64,000 nt of DNA from Bacteroidales bacterium (GCA_007132225.1 SLPB01000071.1:13811-77810); one strand, 5' to 3'; counted from the stretch's first letter, positions 29,627 through 40,158 are shown. Numbers and translations are program-made. The notes: generated by a model from the sequence alone, not told the origin.

Positions 29627-29854
29627 TCAGTATTCATCTTCATTAAAAAAAAAGTCATCCTTACTGGGATAGTCAGGCCATATATCCTCAATACTTTCAT
29701 AAATATCCCCTTCATCTTCAATCTCCTGAAGATTTTCTATAACTTCCAGGGGAGCTCCGGATCTCATGGCATAATCGATCAACTCATCTTTTGTTGCCGG
29801 CCAGGGAGCATCTTCCAGTTTTGAAGCCAATTCAAGCGTCCAGTACATAAACAA
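29627..29854 (-). CDS. DUF2795-family small acidic protein
   Basis: MYWTLELASKLEDAPWPATKDELIDY, a highly conserved Bacteroidota sequence. Confidence 0.92.
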   Translation of the reverse strand: MFMYWTLELASKLEDAPWPATKDELIDYAMRSGAPLEVIENLQEIEDEGDIYESIEDIWPDYPSKDDFFFNEDEY

Positions 29855-29889
29855 CTATTTGAATTAATTATCTTTTTCCTAAAGTGGTG

Positions 29890-29897
29890 CAAATGTA
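29890..29897 (-). promoter_or_regulatory. -7 element for the DUF2795 gene
   Basis: Minus-strand TACATTTG followed by CAC. Confidence 0.65.
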
Positions 29898-29914
29898 AAA
29901 AAATTAATGAAGTT

Positions 29915-30463
29915 TCACAACTTCGGACTCCATGGAATTTCCACTATTTTAAAATCTTTTCCCAACTTCCGGGACAAGACGAAAAAAAAGTCAGACAAAC
30001 GGTTAAGGTACTTTATAACCACACTGTCTGTAGAAACATCGCTTGAAAGCCTTAAAACATTGCGTTCTGCACGCCGGCAAACATTGCGTGCAATATGACA
30101 AAATGAGACAACAGGGTGACCACCAGGAAGTATGAAAGAAGACAGGGGCTCTGTCTCTTCCTCCATTTTATCAATTGCAAGTTCAAGTGAGTTAACATCT
30201 TCTTCACGTAATTCAGGAATACTTATATCGCAATCATCACAATCCACTGCCAGAATAGAGGCACAGGTCATAAGCCTGTCCTGCACACTGATCAGAAATT
30301 CAATAAGGTTTTCATCAATATCCTGATCACGTATCAGGCCTGTCCATGAAATAAGTTCGTCTACCGTACCGTATGCCTCAATGCGCATATCATACTTGGG
30401 AACCCTTTTGCCCCCGATCAAAGCAGTTGTTCCGGAATCCCCGGTTCTTGTGTAGATCTTCAT
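29915..30463 (-). CDS. PduO-type ATP:cob(I)alamin adenosyltransferase
   Basis: KIYTRTGDSGTT, IEAYGTVDEL, FILPGG, RNVCRRAER, YLNRLSDFFF. Confidence 0.95.
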   Translation of the reverse strand: MKIYTRTGDSGTTALIGGKRVPKYDMRIEAYGTVDELISWTGLIRDQDIDENLIEFLISVQDRLMTCASILAVDCDDCDISIPELREEDVNSLELAIDKMEEETEPLSSFILPGGHPVVSFCHIARNVCRRAERNVLRLSSDVSTDSVVIKYLNRLSDFFFVLSRKLGKDFKIVEIPWSPKL

Positions 30464-30521
30464 CTTTATTTATATTCTTAAGGTAAAAAGGCAAAATTAA
30501 TAGCATGAACGGCAGAACCGG

Positions 30522-31262
30522 CTATTTGTTCAGAGCCTGGTTACTATCAAAAACCTCTTCCGACATCTTAACCGGATCATCATTTAAGGTGTCAGATTCA
30601 ATCTGTCCGTCGCGGAGCCGGATTATCCTGTGTGCATGTCTGGCAATATCCTCTTCATGGGTTACAAGTATGATGGTATTGCCTTTTTTATGAATATCAT
30701 CAAAGAGATTCATAATATCTACAGAAGTTTTGGAATCAAGGTTTCCGGTAGGTTCATCTGCAAGTATTATCGAAGGATGGTTAACCAGAGCCCTTGCTAC
30801 AGCAACCCGCTGCCTTTGTCCCCCGGAGAGTTCATTTGGTTTGTGATGGCTCCTGTCACTGAGTCCGACACTTTCCATCACTTCTTCTGCACGGATAATC
30901 CTGTCAGCCTTGGCTTTACCTGCATATACAAGTGGCAGCATTACATTCTCAAATGCCGTATAGCGGGGTAATAAATTGAAAGTTTGAAAGACAAAACCAA
31001 TTTCCTTATTTCTTATCTCTGCCAGTTGATTGTCCTCAAGCTTGCTTACATCTGTATTGTTTAGAATATACTGTCCGCCGCTTGGTGTATCAAGGCAACC
31101 AATTATATTCATCAAAGTCGATTTACCAGATCCTGATGGTCCCATAATTGCAACGTATTCATTCTTTTTAATGTCAACAGAAACCGAATTCAATGCCCGG
31201 ACAATGATGGTGCCGATATTGTAATTCTTGGTCAGTTTCCTGATGCTAATCATGTTTTCCAT
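30522..31262 (-). CDS. ABC transporter ATP-binding protein (LolD/MacB-like), no cognate permease adjacent
   Basis: [39 protein letters not shown]. Confidence 0.95.
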   Translation of the reverse strand: MENMISIRKLTKNYNIGTIIVRALNSVSVDIKKNEYVAIMGPSGSGKSTLMNIIGCLDTPSGGQYILNNTDVSKLEDNQLAEIRNKEIGFVFQTFNLLPRYTAFENVMLPLVYAGKAKADRIIRAEEVMESVGLSDRSHHKPNELSGGQRQRVAVARALVNHPSIILADEPTGNLDSKTSVDIMNLFDDIHKKGNTIILVTHEEDIARHAHRIIRLRDGQIESDTLNDDPVKMSEEVFDSNQALNK

Positions 31263-31396
31263 AAAAAAACTATTAAATGGTTTTTAAAATGATCCGGAAA
31301 TGAAAACCCGAATTTATGCTTTAAATGCTTAAAACGAAAATCATTTAACAATATTTTTGATCTGCCTGTATAAAGCAGTTTTTGCCCTGACTAATT

Positions 31397-32191
31397 TCAG
31401 GAGAAACCCAGATTAAAATGTTGTTTAGCCATCCCCTTTCTGAAAAAAATCAAACCAAAATAAAACATATCAACTGAAAGTGAAACTTCCGGATCCTGGC
31501 AAATATCCATCCATGCGGCATTCATGCCATCCGACCAGTTGATGTCATCAACTATAAAAACAGTACCGGGATGGGCTTTTTTCCTGCATTGGTTAAATTG
31601 CCATAATAAAGCATCCTTTCTGTGGTCACCATCGAAATATACCAGGTCAATCTTTGTGAGGCGGTTTAACAACCGGGGAAGTTCATCCCTGAATGAACCC
31701 TCAATTAACACGACATTGCCGATCCCGGCTTTACTGAGTCCGTCTGAGGCAATTTTAATTTGCGAGGCACAGGCATCTATGCTGTATACCAGGCTCCCGG
31801 GCGCCCCGGCTGCAAGACAAAATGCACCAAAACCAAGGGAAGTGCCAATTTCAACAATCGTTTCCGGATTGGCATTCCTTGCAAGCCTGAACAAAAGTTT
31901 ACCCATCCTGGGGCTACTGCCGGCACAGTTAAGAATATCCTTTACTTTTCTGTTACCCGAGGAAAAAACAACAGACCCTGCCCCCGGATCATTAACATTT
32001 ATTCTCTGACTGTTATTTGCAAGCTTATTTCGGAAATTTTTTATCAGAAGGTACTCCGGATATTTTTTTTTGCTGTTCAGAACCCTCTGGTTAAGTTCAT
32101 ACACAAAGGGTGAATGAATACCATGCCCCTTTAAACCTTTACGCCGGATCCTATATAAGAAATATCTGATTAAAAGTTTAATTTTGCCCAT
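31397..32191 (-). CDS. Class I SAM-dependent methyltransferase
   Basis: GHGIHSPFVY, VEIGTSLG, YFDGDH, FIVDDINWS. Confidence 0.88.
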   Translation of the reverse strand: MGKIKLLIRYFLYRIRRKGLKGHGIHSPFVYELNQRVLNSKKKYPEYLLIKNFRNKLANNSQRINVNDPGAGSVVFSSGNRKVKDILNCAGSSPRMGKLLFRLARNANPETIVEIGTSLGFGAFCLAAGAPGSLVYSIDACASQIKIASDGLSKAGIGNVVLIEGSFRDELPRLLNRLTKIDLVYFDGDHRKDALLWQFNQCRKKAHPGTVFIVDDINWSDGMNAAWMDICQDPEVSLSVDMFYFGLIFFRKGMAKQHFNLGFS

Positions 32192-32301
32192 TTATAAATA
32201 TATTGACTGTGCGAATGTAAGCTTAACTTATCAAATTTTGAAGACAACCCGGACTTATTCCGGGAAAAACAGGCAGGTGATATATCAACCAATTCACAAA
32301 A

Positions 32302-34410
32302 ATGCAGGCAGATATTCTTGACAGGGACATTAAATTTCTTCCCGGCATGGGACCAAAACGGTCGGAGCTGTTTAACAAAGAGCTTGACATCAAGACCTTT
32401 CGCGATCTGCTATACTATTTCCCATATAAACATGTTGACCGAACGAGGTTTTACAAGATCTCCCAGGTATCGGGTGATTTGCCCTATATTCAACTGGAAG
32501 GACTTATAAAAAGGGTTGAGCTAGCCGGATCGGGCAGGAATAAAAGACTGACCGCCATTATCTCAGACGGAACCGGAAACCTGGAGCTTGTTTGGTTCAG
32601 GGGACTGCGATGGATCAATGACTTGGTCAAACCGGGGAAAAATTTTATAGTGTACGGTAAACCGACAATTTTTAACAATAAAGTAAACCTGGTCCATCCC
32701 GAGATGGAAGATCCGGATAAACAGGAAAAAACTATAAATGCCGCACTCCAGTCTTTTTATAACACAAGTGAAAAACTTAAAAACAGTTTTATTACCTCCA
32801 GGGTCATAAGTAAATTACAAAACAAATTATTAAACCTGATCTATGGAAAAATTGAAGAGTCACTTCCCGGTGAACTTATTAACAGGCTTGGATTATTGAA
32901 CATTAATGACGCATTGTTAAATATCCATTTCCCTCAGGGTACCGGGGAACTTAAAAAGGCAGAAGCCAGGTTAAAGTTTGAAGAGCTCTTCTATCTGCAA
33001 CTTAAAATATTGAGGCAAAAAACCGGCAGGAACCACAAAATAAAGGGATTCGTATTTACCAGAGTTGGCGAATTACTTAACAGCTTCTACCACAACCACC
33101 TTCCTTTTGAGCTGACATCAGCCCAAAAAAGGGTTTTACGGGAAATAAGGAAGGATATGGGTTCCGGGAAACAGATGAACCGCTTGCTGCAGGGTGATGT
33201 TGGAAGCGGGAAAACGCTTGTTGCAGTTATGAGTATGCTCATAGCAGTTGATAACGGATACCAGGCTTGCCTCATGGCTCCAACGGAGATACTGGCCAGC
33301 CAGCATTACAGCACACTATCAAAGATACTGAAAGAATTGCCTGTCACAACAGGCTTACTCACCGGCTCCACAAGGAAAAAAGCGAGAAAAATTCTCCATG
33401 AGCAATTAAAATCAGGTGAGCTTGACATGCTTATAGGTACACATGCCCTGATTGAGGAAGTGGTGCAGTTTAAAAAGCTTGGACTGGTGGTGATCGACGA
33501 GCAGCACAGATTTGGAGTTGCCCAGAGGGCAAGGATGTGGAAAAAAAGCAATAATCCTCCGCATATGCTGGTTATGACAGCAACACCCATACCCAGAACA
33601 CTGGCCATGACCGTTTACGGCGATCTTGAAATATCGGTGATCGATGAACTTCCTCCGGGCCGTAAATCCATATTAACTGCCCATTATTTTGACACCAAAA
33701 GAGAACGGCTTTTCGGCTTTATTAGAAAACAGATTGCCCTGGGGCGGCAAATATACATAGTTTATCCGCTTATTTCCGAATCGGAGAAAATGGACTATAA
33801 GGATCTTGAAGACGGATATGAAAGCATAAGCAGAGCCTTTCCCCCTCCCGACTATGTGGTGGCAATAGTTCACGGAAAGATGAAGCAGGATGTCAAGGAG
33901 ATCGGGATGCAGCAATTTATATCGGGAACAGCACAGATACTTGTAGCTACAACTGTTATAGAGGTAGGTGTTGATGTTCCCAATGCAACTGTAATGGTTA
34001 TAGAAAGCGCAGAGAGATTCGGCCTTTCACAGCTTCATCAGTTAAGAGGCAGGGTGGGCCGTGGTGCCGAACAATCTTATTGCATTCTTATGACTTCCCA
34101 TAAAATTTCAAATGAAGCAAGGCAAAGAATAAAAACATTGACAGGCACTACTGACGGTTTTGAAATTGCTGAAGCGGATCTTAAACTCAGAGGCCCCGGA
34201 GATATGGAAGGCACAATGCAAAGCGGATTTCCATTTGAACTTAAAATCGCCAATCTTGCCAGGGATAATAAGATCCTGGAATATGCCAGACAACAGGCAA
34301 TGTCAATTCTTGACCGGGACCCGCTTCTTGAAAAACCTGAAAACATTATGTTTTCACAGCAGTTAGAAAGGCTTCACCCTGAAATAGAGGACTGGAGTAA
34401 AATCAGCTAA
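32302..34410 (+). CDS. recG: ATP-dependent DNA helicase RecG
   Basis: RLKFEELF, RLLQGDVGSGKT, IDEQHRFGV, MTATPIPRT, QLHQLRGRVGRG, DLKLRGPG. Confidence 0.97.
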   Translation: MQADILDRDIKFLPGMGPKRSELFNKELDIKTFRDLLYYFPYKHVDRTRFYKISQVSGDLPYIQLEGLIKRVELAGSGRNKRLTAIISDGTGNLELVWFRGLRWINDLVKPGKNFIVYGKPTIFNNKVNLVHPEMEDPDKQEKTINAALQSFYNTSEKLKNSFITSRVISKLQNKLLNLIYGKIEESLPGELINRLGLLNINDALLNIHFPQGTGELKKAEARLKFEELFYLQLKILRQKTGRNHKIKGFVFTRVGELLNSFYHNHLPFELTSAQKRVLREIRKDMGSGKQMNRLLQGDVGSGKTLVAVMSMLIAVDNGYQACLMAPTEILASQHYSTLSKILKELPVTTGLLTGSTRKKARKILHEQLKSGELDMLIGTHALIEEVVQFKKLGLVVIDEQHRFGVAQRARMWKKSNNPPHMLVMTATPIPRTLAMTVYGDLEISVIDELPPGRKSILTAHYFDTKRERLFGFIRKQIALGRQIYIVYPLISESEKMDYKDLEDGYESISRAFPPPDYVVAIVHGKMKQDVKEIGMQQFISGTAQILVATTVIEVGVDVPNATVMVIESAERFGLSQLHQLRGRVGRGAEQSYCILMTSHKISNEARQRIKTLTGTTDGFEIAEADLKLRGPGDMEGTMQSGFPFELKIANLARDNKILEYARQQAMSILDRDPLLEKPENIMFSQQLERLHPEIEDWSKIS

Positions 34411-34560
34411 GCATAATTTCACCGACGATACATAAAATCTTCAATAACATATTGATTACTAAAGATATTTCAATGACCTGCACGTTATGTGGACCGGTTC
34501 TAAATTATAAATACCCTTTCAAAACATGACAAAAAACAACCTTTAAAACGTAAACATCAA

Positions 34561-34568
34561 TATTTTTG
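34561..34568 (+). promoter_or_regulatory. -7 element for the rseC-rnf operon
   Basis: TATTTTTG matches TAnnTTTG, 26 nt before the ATG at 34595. Confidence 0.5.
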
Positions 34569-34594
34569 TATTTTTCTTAATCCATATAACAATT

Positions 34595-35017
34595 ATGACT
34601 TCTTCGGAAAATATTGAGCATATAGGGATTATAAGTCATATTAGCGACAAGCTGGTAAAAGTCAGCATATTGCCAGAATCTGCCTGCGGAAATTGCAGGG
34701 CCAGGGGGTCCTGTTCGATCGGGGATACAAATGAAAAAACGCTTGAAGTATTCTGCTCATCCGGAGAAAACTATTCAGTAGGTGAACAAATAAAAGTGGT
34801 CATGGAGCATTCGCTTGGAATAAAAGCACTGGGACTGGGTTATCTGCTGCCGTTTCTTATTGTGCTGGTACAGTTAATCCTGCTGACAGCTCTTGGCATA
34901 AATGAAGGTATGGCAGGGTTGCTTTCACTTGCGATACTTGTCCCCTACTATATTACCCTTTCTTATTTCAAAGAATCTCTGAAAAAAGAATTTTCTTTCA
35001 GGTTAAAAAAATTGTAA
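34595..35017 (+). CDS. rseC: RseC/MucC-family membrane protein heading the rnf operon
   Basis: IEHIGII, SACGNCRARGSC, YSVGEQIKV, two C-terminal TM helices. Confidence 0.88.
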   Translation: MTSSENIEHIGIISHISDKLVKVSILPESACGNCRARGSCSIGDTNEKTLEVFCSSGENYSVGEQIKVVMEHSLGIKALGLGYLLPFLIVLVQLILLTALGINEGMAGLLSLAILVPYYITLSYFKESLKKEFSFRLKKL

Positions 35018-35029
35018 CAAATCTTAAAG

Positions 35030-35878
35030 ATGAGTGATGTTGTTATTAATTCAGTGATTATTGTTGGTGCGATGGGATTGGCGGCAGCCATAATTCTTTT
35101 CATGGTTGCCCAGAAATTCCACGTAGTCGAAGATCCCCGTATAGACCAGGTGGAGGAGGAACTGCCTGCTGCAAACTGTGGGGGCTGCGGATACCCGGGT
35201 TGCCGTGCTTTTGCGGAAGCACTTGTTAAAACAGATGATATATCAGATTTGCATTGTCCGGTAAGCGACAAAGATTCCATGGAAAAAATTGCCGCCATAT
35301 TAGGGAAAGAAATGGGAGAAATGAAACCACTGGTGGCAGTGGTACGCTGCGCCGGATCACCGGATAAGAGTCCCAGGACAAATATATACGACGGCACCCA
35401 TTCCTGTACAATCATATCTTCATTATATACAGGAGAAACAGGTTGTCCTTACGGCTGCCTCGGAATGGGCGAATGTGTTGATGCCTGTAATTTTGATGCT
35501 ATCCATATGAATGCGGATACTCAGCTCCCCGAGGTTACGGATGATCTGTGCACAGCCTGCAATGCATGTGTAGTGGCATGTCCCAGGGATATTATTGAGC
35601 TGCGAAAAAAGAATAAGAAAGATCGTAAAATCTTTGTATCCTGCATCAATGAGGATAAAGGAGGAGTAGCAAGAAAGAACTGCAAGGTGGCCTGCATCGG
35701 ATGCGGCAAATGTGTGAAAGTTTGCCCGTATGAGGCAATAACTCTGGAAAACAATCTTGCGTATATAGATCCTGATAAGTGCAGACTTTGCAGGAAATGT
35801 GCCCCGGAATGTCCCACGAATGCAATTCTGGAGATCAATTTCCCTGTAAAAAAGAAAAAGGAAGCAACAGCCGGGTAG
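35030..35878 (+). CDS. rnfB: Rnf complex subunit B (polyferredoxin)
   Basis: TM anchor, LPAANCGGCGYPGC, GCLGMGECVDAC, CTACNACVVACP, CIGCGKCVKVCP, CRLCRKCAPECP. Confidence 0.95.
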   Translation: MSDVVINSVIIVGAMGLAAAIILFMVAQKFHVVEDPRIDQVEEELPAANCGGCGYPGCRAFAEALVKTDDISDLHCPVSDKDSMEKIAAILGKEMGEMKPLVAVVRCAGSPDKSPRTNIYDGTHSCTIISSLYTGETGCPYGCLGMGECVDACNFDAIHMNADTQLPEVTDDLCTACNACVVACPRDIIELRKKNKKDRKIFVSCINEDKGGVARKNCKVACIGCGKCVKVCPYEAITLENNLAYIDPDKCRLCRKCAPECPTNAILEINFPVKKKKEATAG

Positions 35879-35984
35879 ATAACCCCAATAGCAAGTCAGG
35901 AAATTCCGGGAGCGATGGGTTGATTAAGATAAGATAAAGAACGGCAAATATTTATATAAATAAAAATCAGCAGGAGGTTAAAAA

Positions 35985-37316
35985 GTGATAAAAACATTTC
36001 CCAAAGGCGGCATACATCCCCCGGAGGATAAATTCTCGGCAGGCAGTCCTATTCAGGAACTCCCCCTTCCAAAATCCGTTATCATCCCTGTCTGCCAGCA
36101 CCTGGGGTCTCCCTCGGAGCCACTTGTAAAGAAGGGAGACCGGGTGAAGACCGGACAGATAATAGCTAAAAGCAGCGGTTTTGTCTCCACCAATATCCAC
36201 TCATCGGTAACCGGCAAGGTGGAAAAAGTCGACAAATTTACAGACAGCACCGGATACAGAAGGCTGGCAGTCTCAATTAATGTGGAAAAGGACCAGTGGG
36301 AAGATAATATTGACACCAGCAATACACTGAAAAAGCAAATAAATTCCAAGGCAGAAGAAATAATCAAAAAAATCCTGGATGCAGGGATCGTCGGAATGGG
36401 CGGGGCCACCTTTCCTTCACATATAAAACTGTCCGTGCCTAAAGGCAAAAAAGTCGAAGTGCTTATAATCAATGGTGTAGAGTGTGAGCCCTGCCTTACC
36501 TCAGACCACAGGCTGATGCTGGAAAAAGGAGAAGAGATGATGGTTGGGGTCCGGCTTATGATGACAGCCCTTGGTGTTAACAGAGCCGTAATTGGAATTG
36601 AAAACAATAAGCCCGATGCTATAAGCAACCTGAAAACAATTGCCAAAGATTACAAGACTATAGAAGTTCAGGTTTTAAAGGTGAAATATCCTCAGGGCGC
36701 AGAAAAACAGTTGATAAAATCCATCACCCGCCGGGAAGTACCTTCCGGAAAACTTCCAATTGAAGTTGGAGCAGTTGTCCATAACGTGGAAACTGCGTAT
36801 GCAGTTTATGAGGCAGTCCAGAAAAATAAGCCTCTTATAGAAAGAGTTGTTACGGTTACCGGGAAAAATATCGCCAAACCCTCCAATTTCATGGTAAGAA
36901 CAGGAACCCCGGTCGCATATCTCATTGAGGCGGCGGGAGGTCTCCCGGAAGATACAGGCAAAATAATTAACGGCGGACCGATGATGGGTAAGGCGCTCAA
37001 CTCCCTCGATGTGCCGGTAACAAAGGGAACATCTGGTATACTCGTTGTTCCCCAGTCAGAATCATTACGCAGGCCTGCACTTAACTGTATCAGGTGCGCA
37101 AAATGTGTAAGCATTTGTCCAATGGGGCTGGAACCCTACCTGCTCAGGGCGGCTTCCGAACATAAAAAATGGGATATTGTGGAGGAGGAGCGTTCGATGG
37201 ACTGTATGGAATGCGGATCATGCAGCTATGTTTGTCCCTCCGCCATCCCTTTACTGGATTATATCCGTCTGGGCAAATCAACGGTAAGTAAAATCATCAG
37301 GTCAAGGAAACAATGA
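35985..37316 (+). CDS. rnfC: Rnf complex subunit C
   Basis: GTG start; TFPKGGIHPP, GIVGMGGATFP, NGVECEP, KYPQGAEKQLI, GGPMMG, CIRCAKC..CP, CMECGSC..CP. Confidence 0.97.
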   Translation: MIKTFPKGGIHPPEDKFSAGSPIQELPLPKSVIIPVCQHLGSPSEPLVKKGDRVKTGQIIAKSSGFVSTNIHSSVTGKVEKVDKFTDSTGYRRLAVSINVEKDQWEDNIDTSNTLKKQINSKAEEIIKKILDAGIVGMGGATFPSHIKLSVPKGKKVEVLIINGVECEPCLTSDHRLMLEKGEEMMVGVRLMMTALGVNRAVIGIENNKPDAISNLKTIAKDYKTIEVQVLKVKYPQGAEKQLIKSITRREVPSGKLPIEVGAVVHNVETAYAVYEAVQKNKPLIERVVTVTGKNIAKPSNFMVRTGTPVAYLIEAAGGLPEDTGKIINGGPMMGKALNSLDVPVTKGTSGILVVPQSESLRRPALNCIRCAKCVSICPMGLEPYLLRAASEHKKWDIVEEERSMDCMECGSCSYVCPSAIPLLDYIRLGKSTVSKIIRSRKQ

Positions 37317-37443
37317 TATATCTTTTCAGCTTTCAGTTAACAGATCTAATAAACCTGAACCTTTAATGGTTCTGAAAATAAATTTACCAGATCACGACTT
37401 TGTAACTAAATGATAAATAATTTCAGAAATCCGATTCATACCA

Positions 37444-38445
37444 ATGGATAAATTAATTACCGTCTCTCCCTCACCCCATTATTACGGAGACACCACCGTA
37501 AAAAAACTCATGTACGGGGTTGTATTTGCCCTGCTGCCTGCATTTTTTGTTTCTGTATATTTCTTTGGGATCGGGGCATTGATTGTTACCGCAATTAGCA
37601 TACTATCCTGCCTGGCTTTCGAATACCTGATTCAGAAATACCTGATGAAAGCGGAGCCTTCTATAAGCGACGGATCGGCACTGGTAACGGGGCTCCTGCT
37701 GGCCTTCAATCTTCCCACGAACCTGCCCTGGTGGATAATAATTATCGGGGCCCTGGTTGCAATCGGGGTTGGAAAGATGACTTTCGGGGGACTGGGGAAT
37801 AACCCCTTTAATCCCGCACTGGTAGGCAGGGTGTTTTTGTTCATTTCTTTCCCTGTTCAGATGACCAGCTGGCCAACACCTATAGCCTCAAGACTTCAAT
37901 ACACCGATGCGGTTACCGGACCAACCCCGCTGGGAATTATGGAAGAAGGATTATCTCAACAAGAAACGGCGGCCCAGCTAATGGAACAGATCCCCGGATA
38001 TATGGAACTCTTCCTGGGCTCTATTCGTGGCAGCATGGGAGAAATATCGGCTATCGCCCTGATCGTGGGGGGAATATATATGCTGATAAGAAAAATTATT
38101 ACCTGGCACATCCCGGTATCCATTATCCTGTCGGTACTGGCTTTCACCGGGATACTCTGGTTGATGAATCCATATGATAATGCCGACCCTCTTTTCCACC
38201 TGCTTAGCGGAGGATTGATGCTGGGGGCAATCTATATGGCAACAGATTATGTAACTTCCCCAATGACGATAAAGGGTATGTGGATATTCGGTATCGGTAT
38301 CGGTGTGATAACCGTTGCCATAAGGGTGTTTGGAGCATATCCGGAAGGAGTATCGTTCGCTATACTGATAATGAACGCTTTTGTACCCCTTATAAATAAA
38401 TATGTTAAACCTAAAGGATTCGGAGAGGAGGTGAGAAATGGCTAA
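37444..38445 (+). CDS. rnfD: Rnf complex subunit D
   Basis: SPSPH, FGGLGNNPFNPALVGR, FMN-site DAVTGPTPL, MATDYVTSP, YPEGVSFAIL. Confidence 0.97.
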   Translation: MDKLITVSPSPHYYGDTTVKKLMYGVVFALLPAFFVSVYFFGIGALIVTAISILSCLAFEYLIQKYLMKAEPSISDGSALVTGLLLAFNLPTNLPWWIIIIGALVAIGVGKMTFGGLGNNPFNPALVGRVFLFISFPVQMTSWPTPIASRLQYTDAVTGPTPLGIMEEGLSQQETAAQLMEQIPGYMELFLGSIRGSMGEISAIALIVGGIYMLIRKIITWHIPVSIILSVLAFTGILWLMNPYDNADPLFHLLSGGLMLGAIYMATDYVTSPMTIKGMWIFGIGIGVITVAIRVFGAYPEGVSFAILIMNAFVPLINKYVKPKGFGEEVRNG

Positions 38446-39484
38446 AAGAGAATCTACCTTCATTAATATGGTAATGGCGCTGCTGACAATAACTCTTATT
38501 GCATCTGCTTCCCTGGGATTTATTTATGAGCTGACCAAAGAACCGATCGAAAGAGCCGCCCTGGCTAAAAGAAATGAGGCTATCGGCTCAGTAGTGCCGG
38601 AATTTGATAATGACCCTTTCGGGGAACAGTACACCATAGAGATACCCGAGGGAGAACTGGTGGTGTTTCCGGCTAAAAAAGACGGGGAGATCACAGGAGT
38701 GGCCATAGAAACATTTACCAACAGGGGGTTTAGCGGTGAAATAAGATTGATGGTGGGAATACTGCCCGATGGCACCATTCACGGCATTGAAGTCCTAGAA
38801 CACAGGGAAACACCCGGTCTTGGCGATAAAATTGAATCGGACAAGTCAGATTTCCATTTGCAGTTCGAAGGAGAAAATCCAAAAGAAGACTTCCAGATCA
38901 GGATCAGGCAGGATGGCGGGGATATAGATGCCATAACGGCAACCACAATAAGCTCCAGGGCATACTGTGATGCAGTGCAGCGTGCCTGGAACGCATATAT
39001 GGATGTGGATACCGGGAATGGACACGAACTGCCCTCAACAGAGGAAGCAATAAACAGTGTACTGCCTGAATATGGCAACAATCCGGTTAATGAAGAGTAC
39101 CAGGTAGTACATGAAGACAAAGTTTTTAATATTTACCCGGGCAGAAAGGGAAGAAGGTTTACCGGCATCGCAGTTGAGTCATATTCAGAATCAGGATATA
39201 TGGGACCAATAAGACTTTTGACAGGCTTTAATCCAGATGGAATTATAACGGGAGTTGAGGTGCTGGAACACCAGGAGACCCAGGGATATGGCGACCTGAT
39301 TGAAAATAGCAGATCGGACTTCTACAAACAATTCATAGGCAGGAATCCCTCTGAAGAAGTTCTGAATTTAAGGGAAGATGGAGGAGTAATTGACGGAATC
39401 AGTGGTGCAACAGTTACCTCACAGGCCTATTGTGAAGCGGTCCGCCTTGCATATGAGGTGTTTGAAAAGGAGGGAAAGAAATAA
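38438..39484 (+). CDS. rnfG: Rnf complex subunit G with two tandem FMN-binding domains
   Basis: One TM helix, then two homologous domains: H.ETPGLG...DAITATTISS and H.ETQGYG...DGISGATVTS; 348 aa. Confidence 0.93.
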   Translation: MAKRESTFINMVMALLTITLIASASLGFIYELTKEPIERAALAKRNEAIGSVVPEFDNDPFGEQYTIEIPEGELVVFPAKKDGEITGVAIETFTNRGFSGEIRLMVGILPDGTIHGIEVLEHRETPGLGDKIESDKSDFHLQFEGENPKEDFQIRIRQDGGDIDAITATTISSRAYCDAVQRAWNAYMDVDTGNGHELPSTEEAINSVLPEYGNNPVNEEYQVVHEDKVFNIYPGRKGRRFTGIAVESYSESGYMGPIRLLTGFNPDGIITGVEVLEHQETQGYGDLIENSRSDFYKQFIGRNPSEEVLNLREDGGVIDGISGATVTSQAYCEAVRLAYEVFEKEGKK

Positions 39485-39582
39485 TGGGACAGCCAAATAA
39501 TATAACAGGCTGACCTTCCGGAAAAAATAACGGGTTACAATGCATTACTGCATTTGAAATAAACACAACAGCTATAATTATT

Positions 39583-40158
39583 ATGGATCAGGTAAAAAAT
39601 TTCACCAAAGGGTTTATAAGGGAAAACCCGGTATTTGCCCTGATGCTGGGGTTGTGCCCGGCACTCGGTACAACAACCTCGGCATATAACGGAATGGGCA
39701 TGGGACTTGCCACATTGTTTGTGGTTGTAATGTCAAACATCGTGGTTTCCCTGATAAAAAATTTTGTTCCCAACAAGGTCAGAATACCCAGCTATATAGT
39801 TATAATTGCTTCCTTTGTCACGATCGTCGACCTGGTAATGGCAGGATACATGCCGGCATTGCATGAACAGCTCGGACTCTTTATTCCACTTATCGTAGTG
39901 AACTGCTTTGTCCTGGGACGTGCTGAAGCCTTTGCTCAAAAGAACACACTGGGCTCCTCAATAATTGACGGCACCGGAATGGGGCTCGGATTTACCCTGG
40001 CGCTTACCATGCTGGGAGCTGCCCGTGAGATCCTGGGTAGTTATTCCCTGTTTGGGTTTCAGTTTATCCGGGACGACGGAATGCTGATATTTATCCTTGC
40101 TCCCGGCGCATTCATTGCTTTGGGATACCTGATAGCACTGACAAATAGATTGAAATAA
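39583..40158 (+). CDS. rnfE: Rnf complex subunit E
   Basis: ENPVFALMLGLCPALG, KVRIP, FIPLIVVNCFVLGRAEAFA. Confidence 0.97.
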   Translation: MDQVKNFTKGFIRENPVFALMLGLCPALGTTTSAYNGMGMGLATLFVVVMSNIVVSLIKNFVPNKVRIPSYIVIIASFVTIVDLVMAGYMPALHEQLGLFIPLIVVNCFVLGRAEAFAQKNTLGSSIIDGTGMGLGFTLALTMLGAAREILGSYSLFGFQFIRDDGMLIFILAPGAFIALGYLIALTNRLK

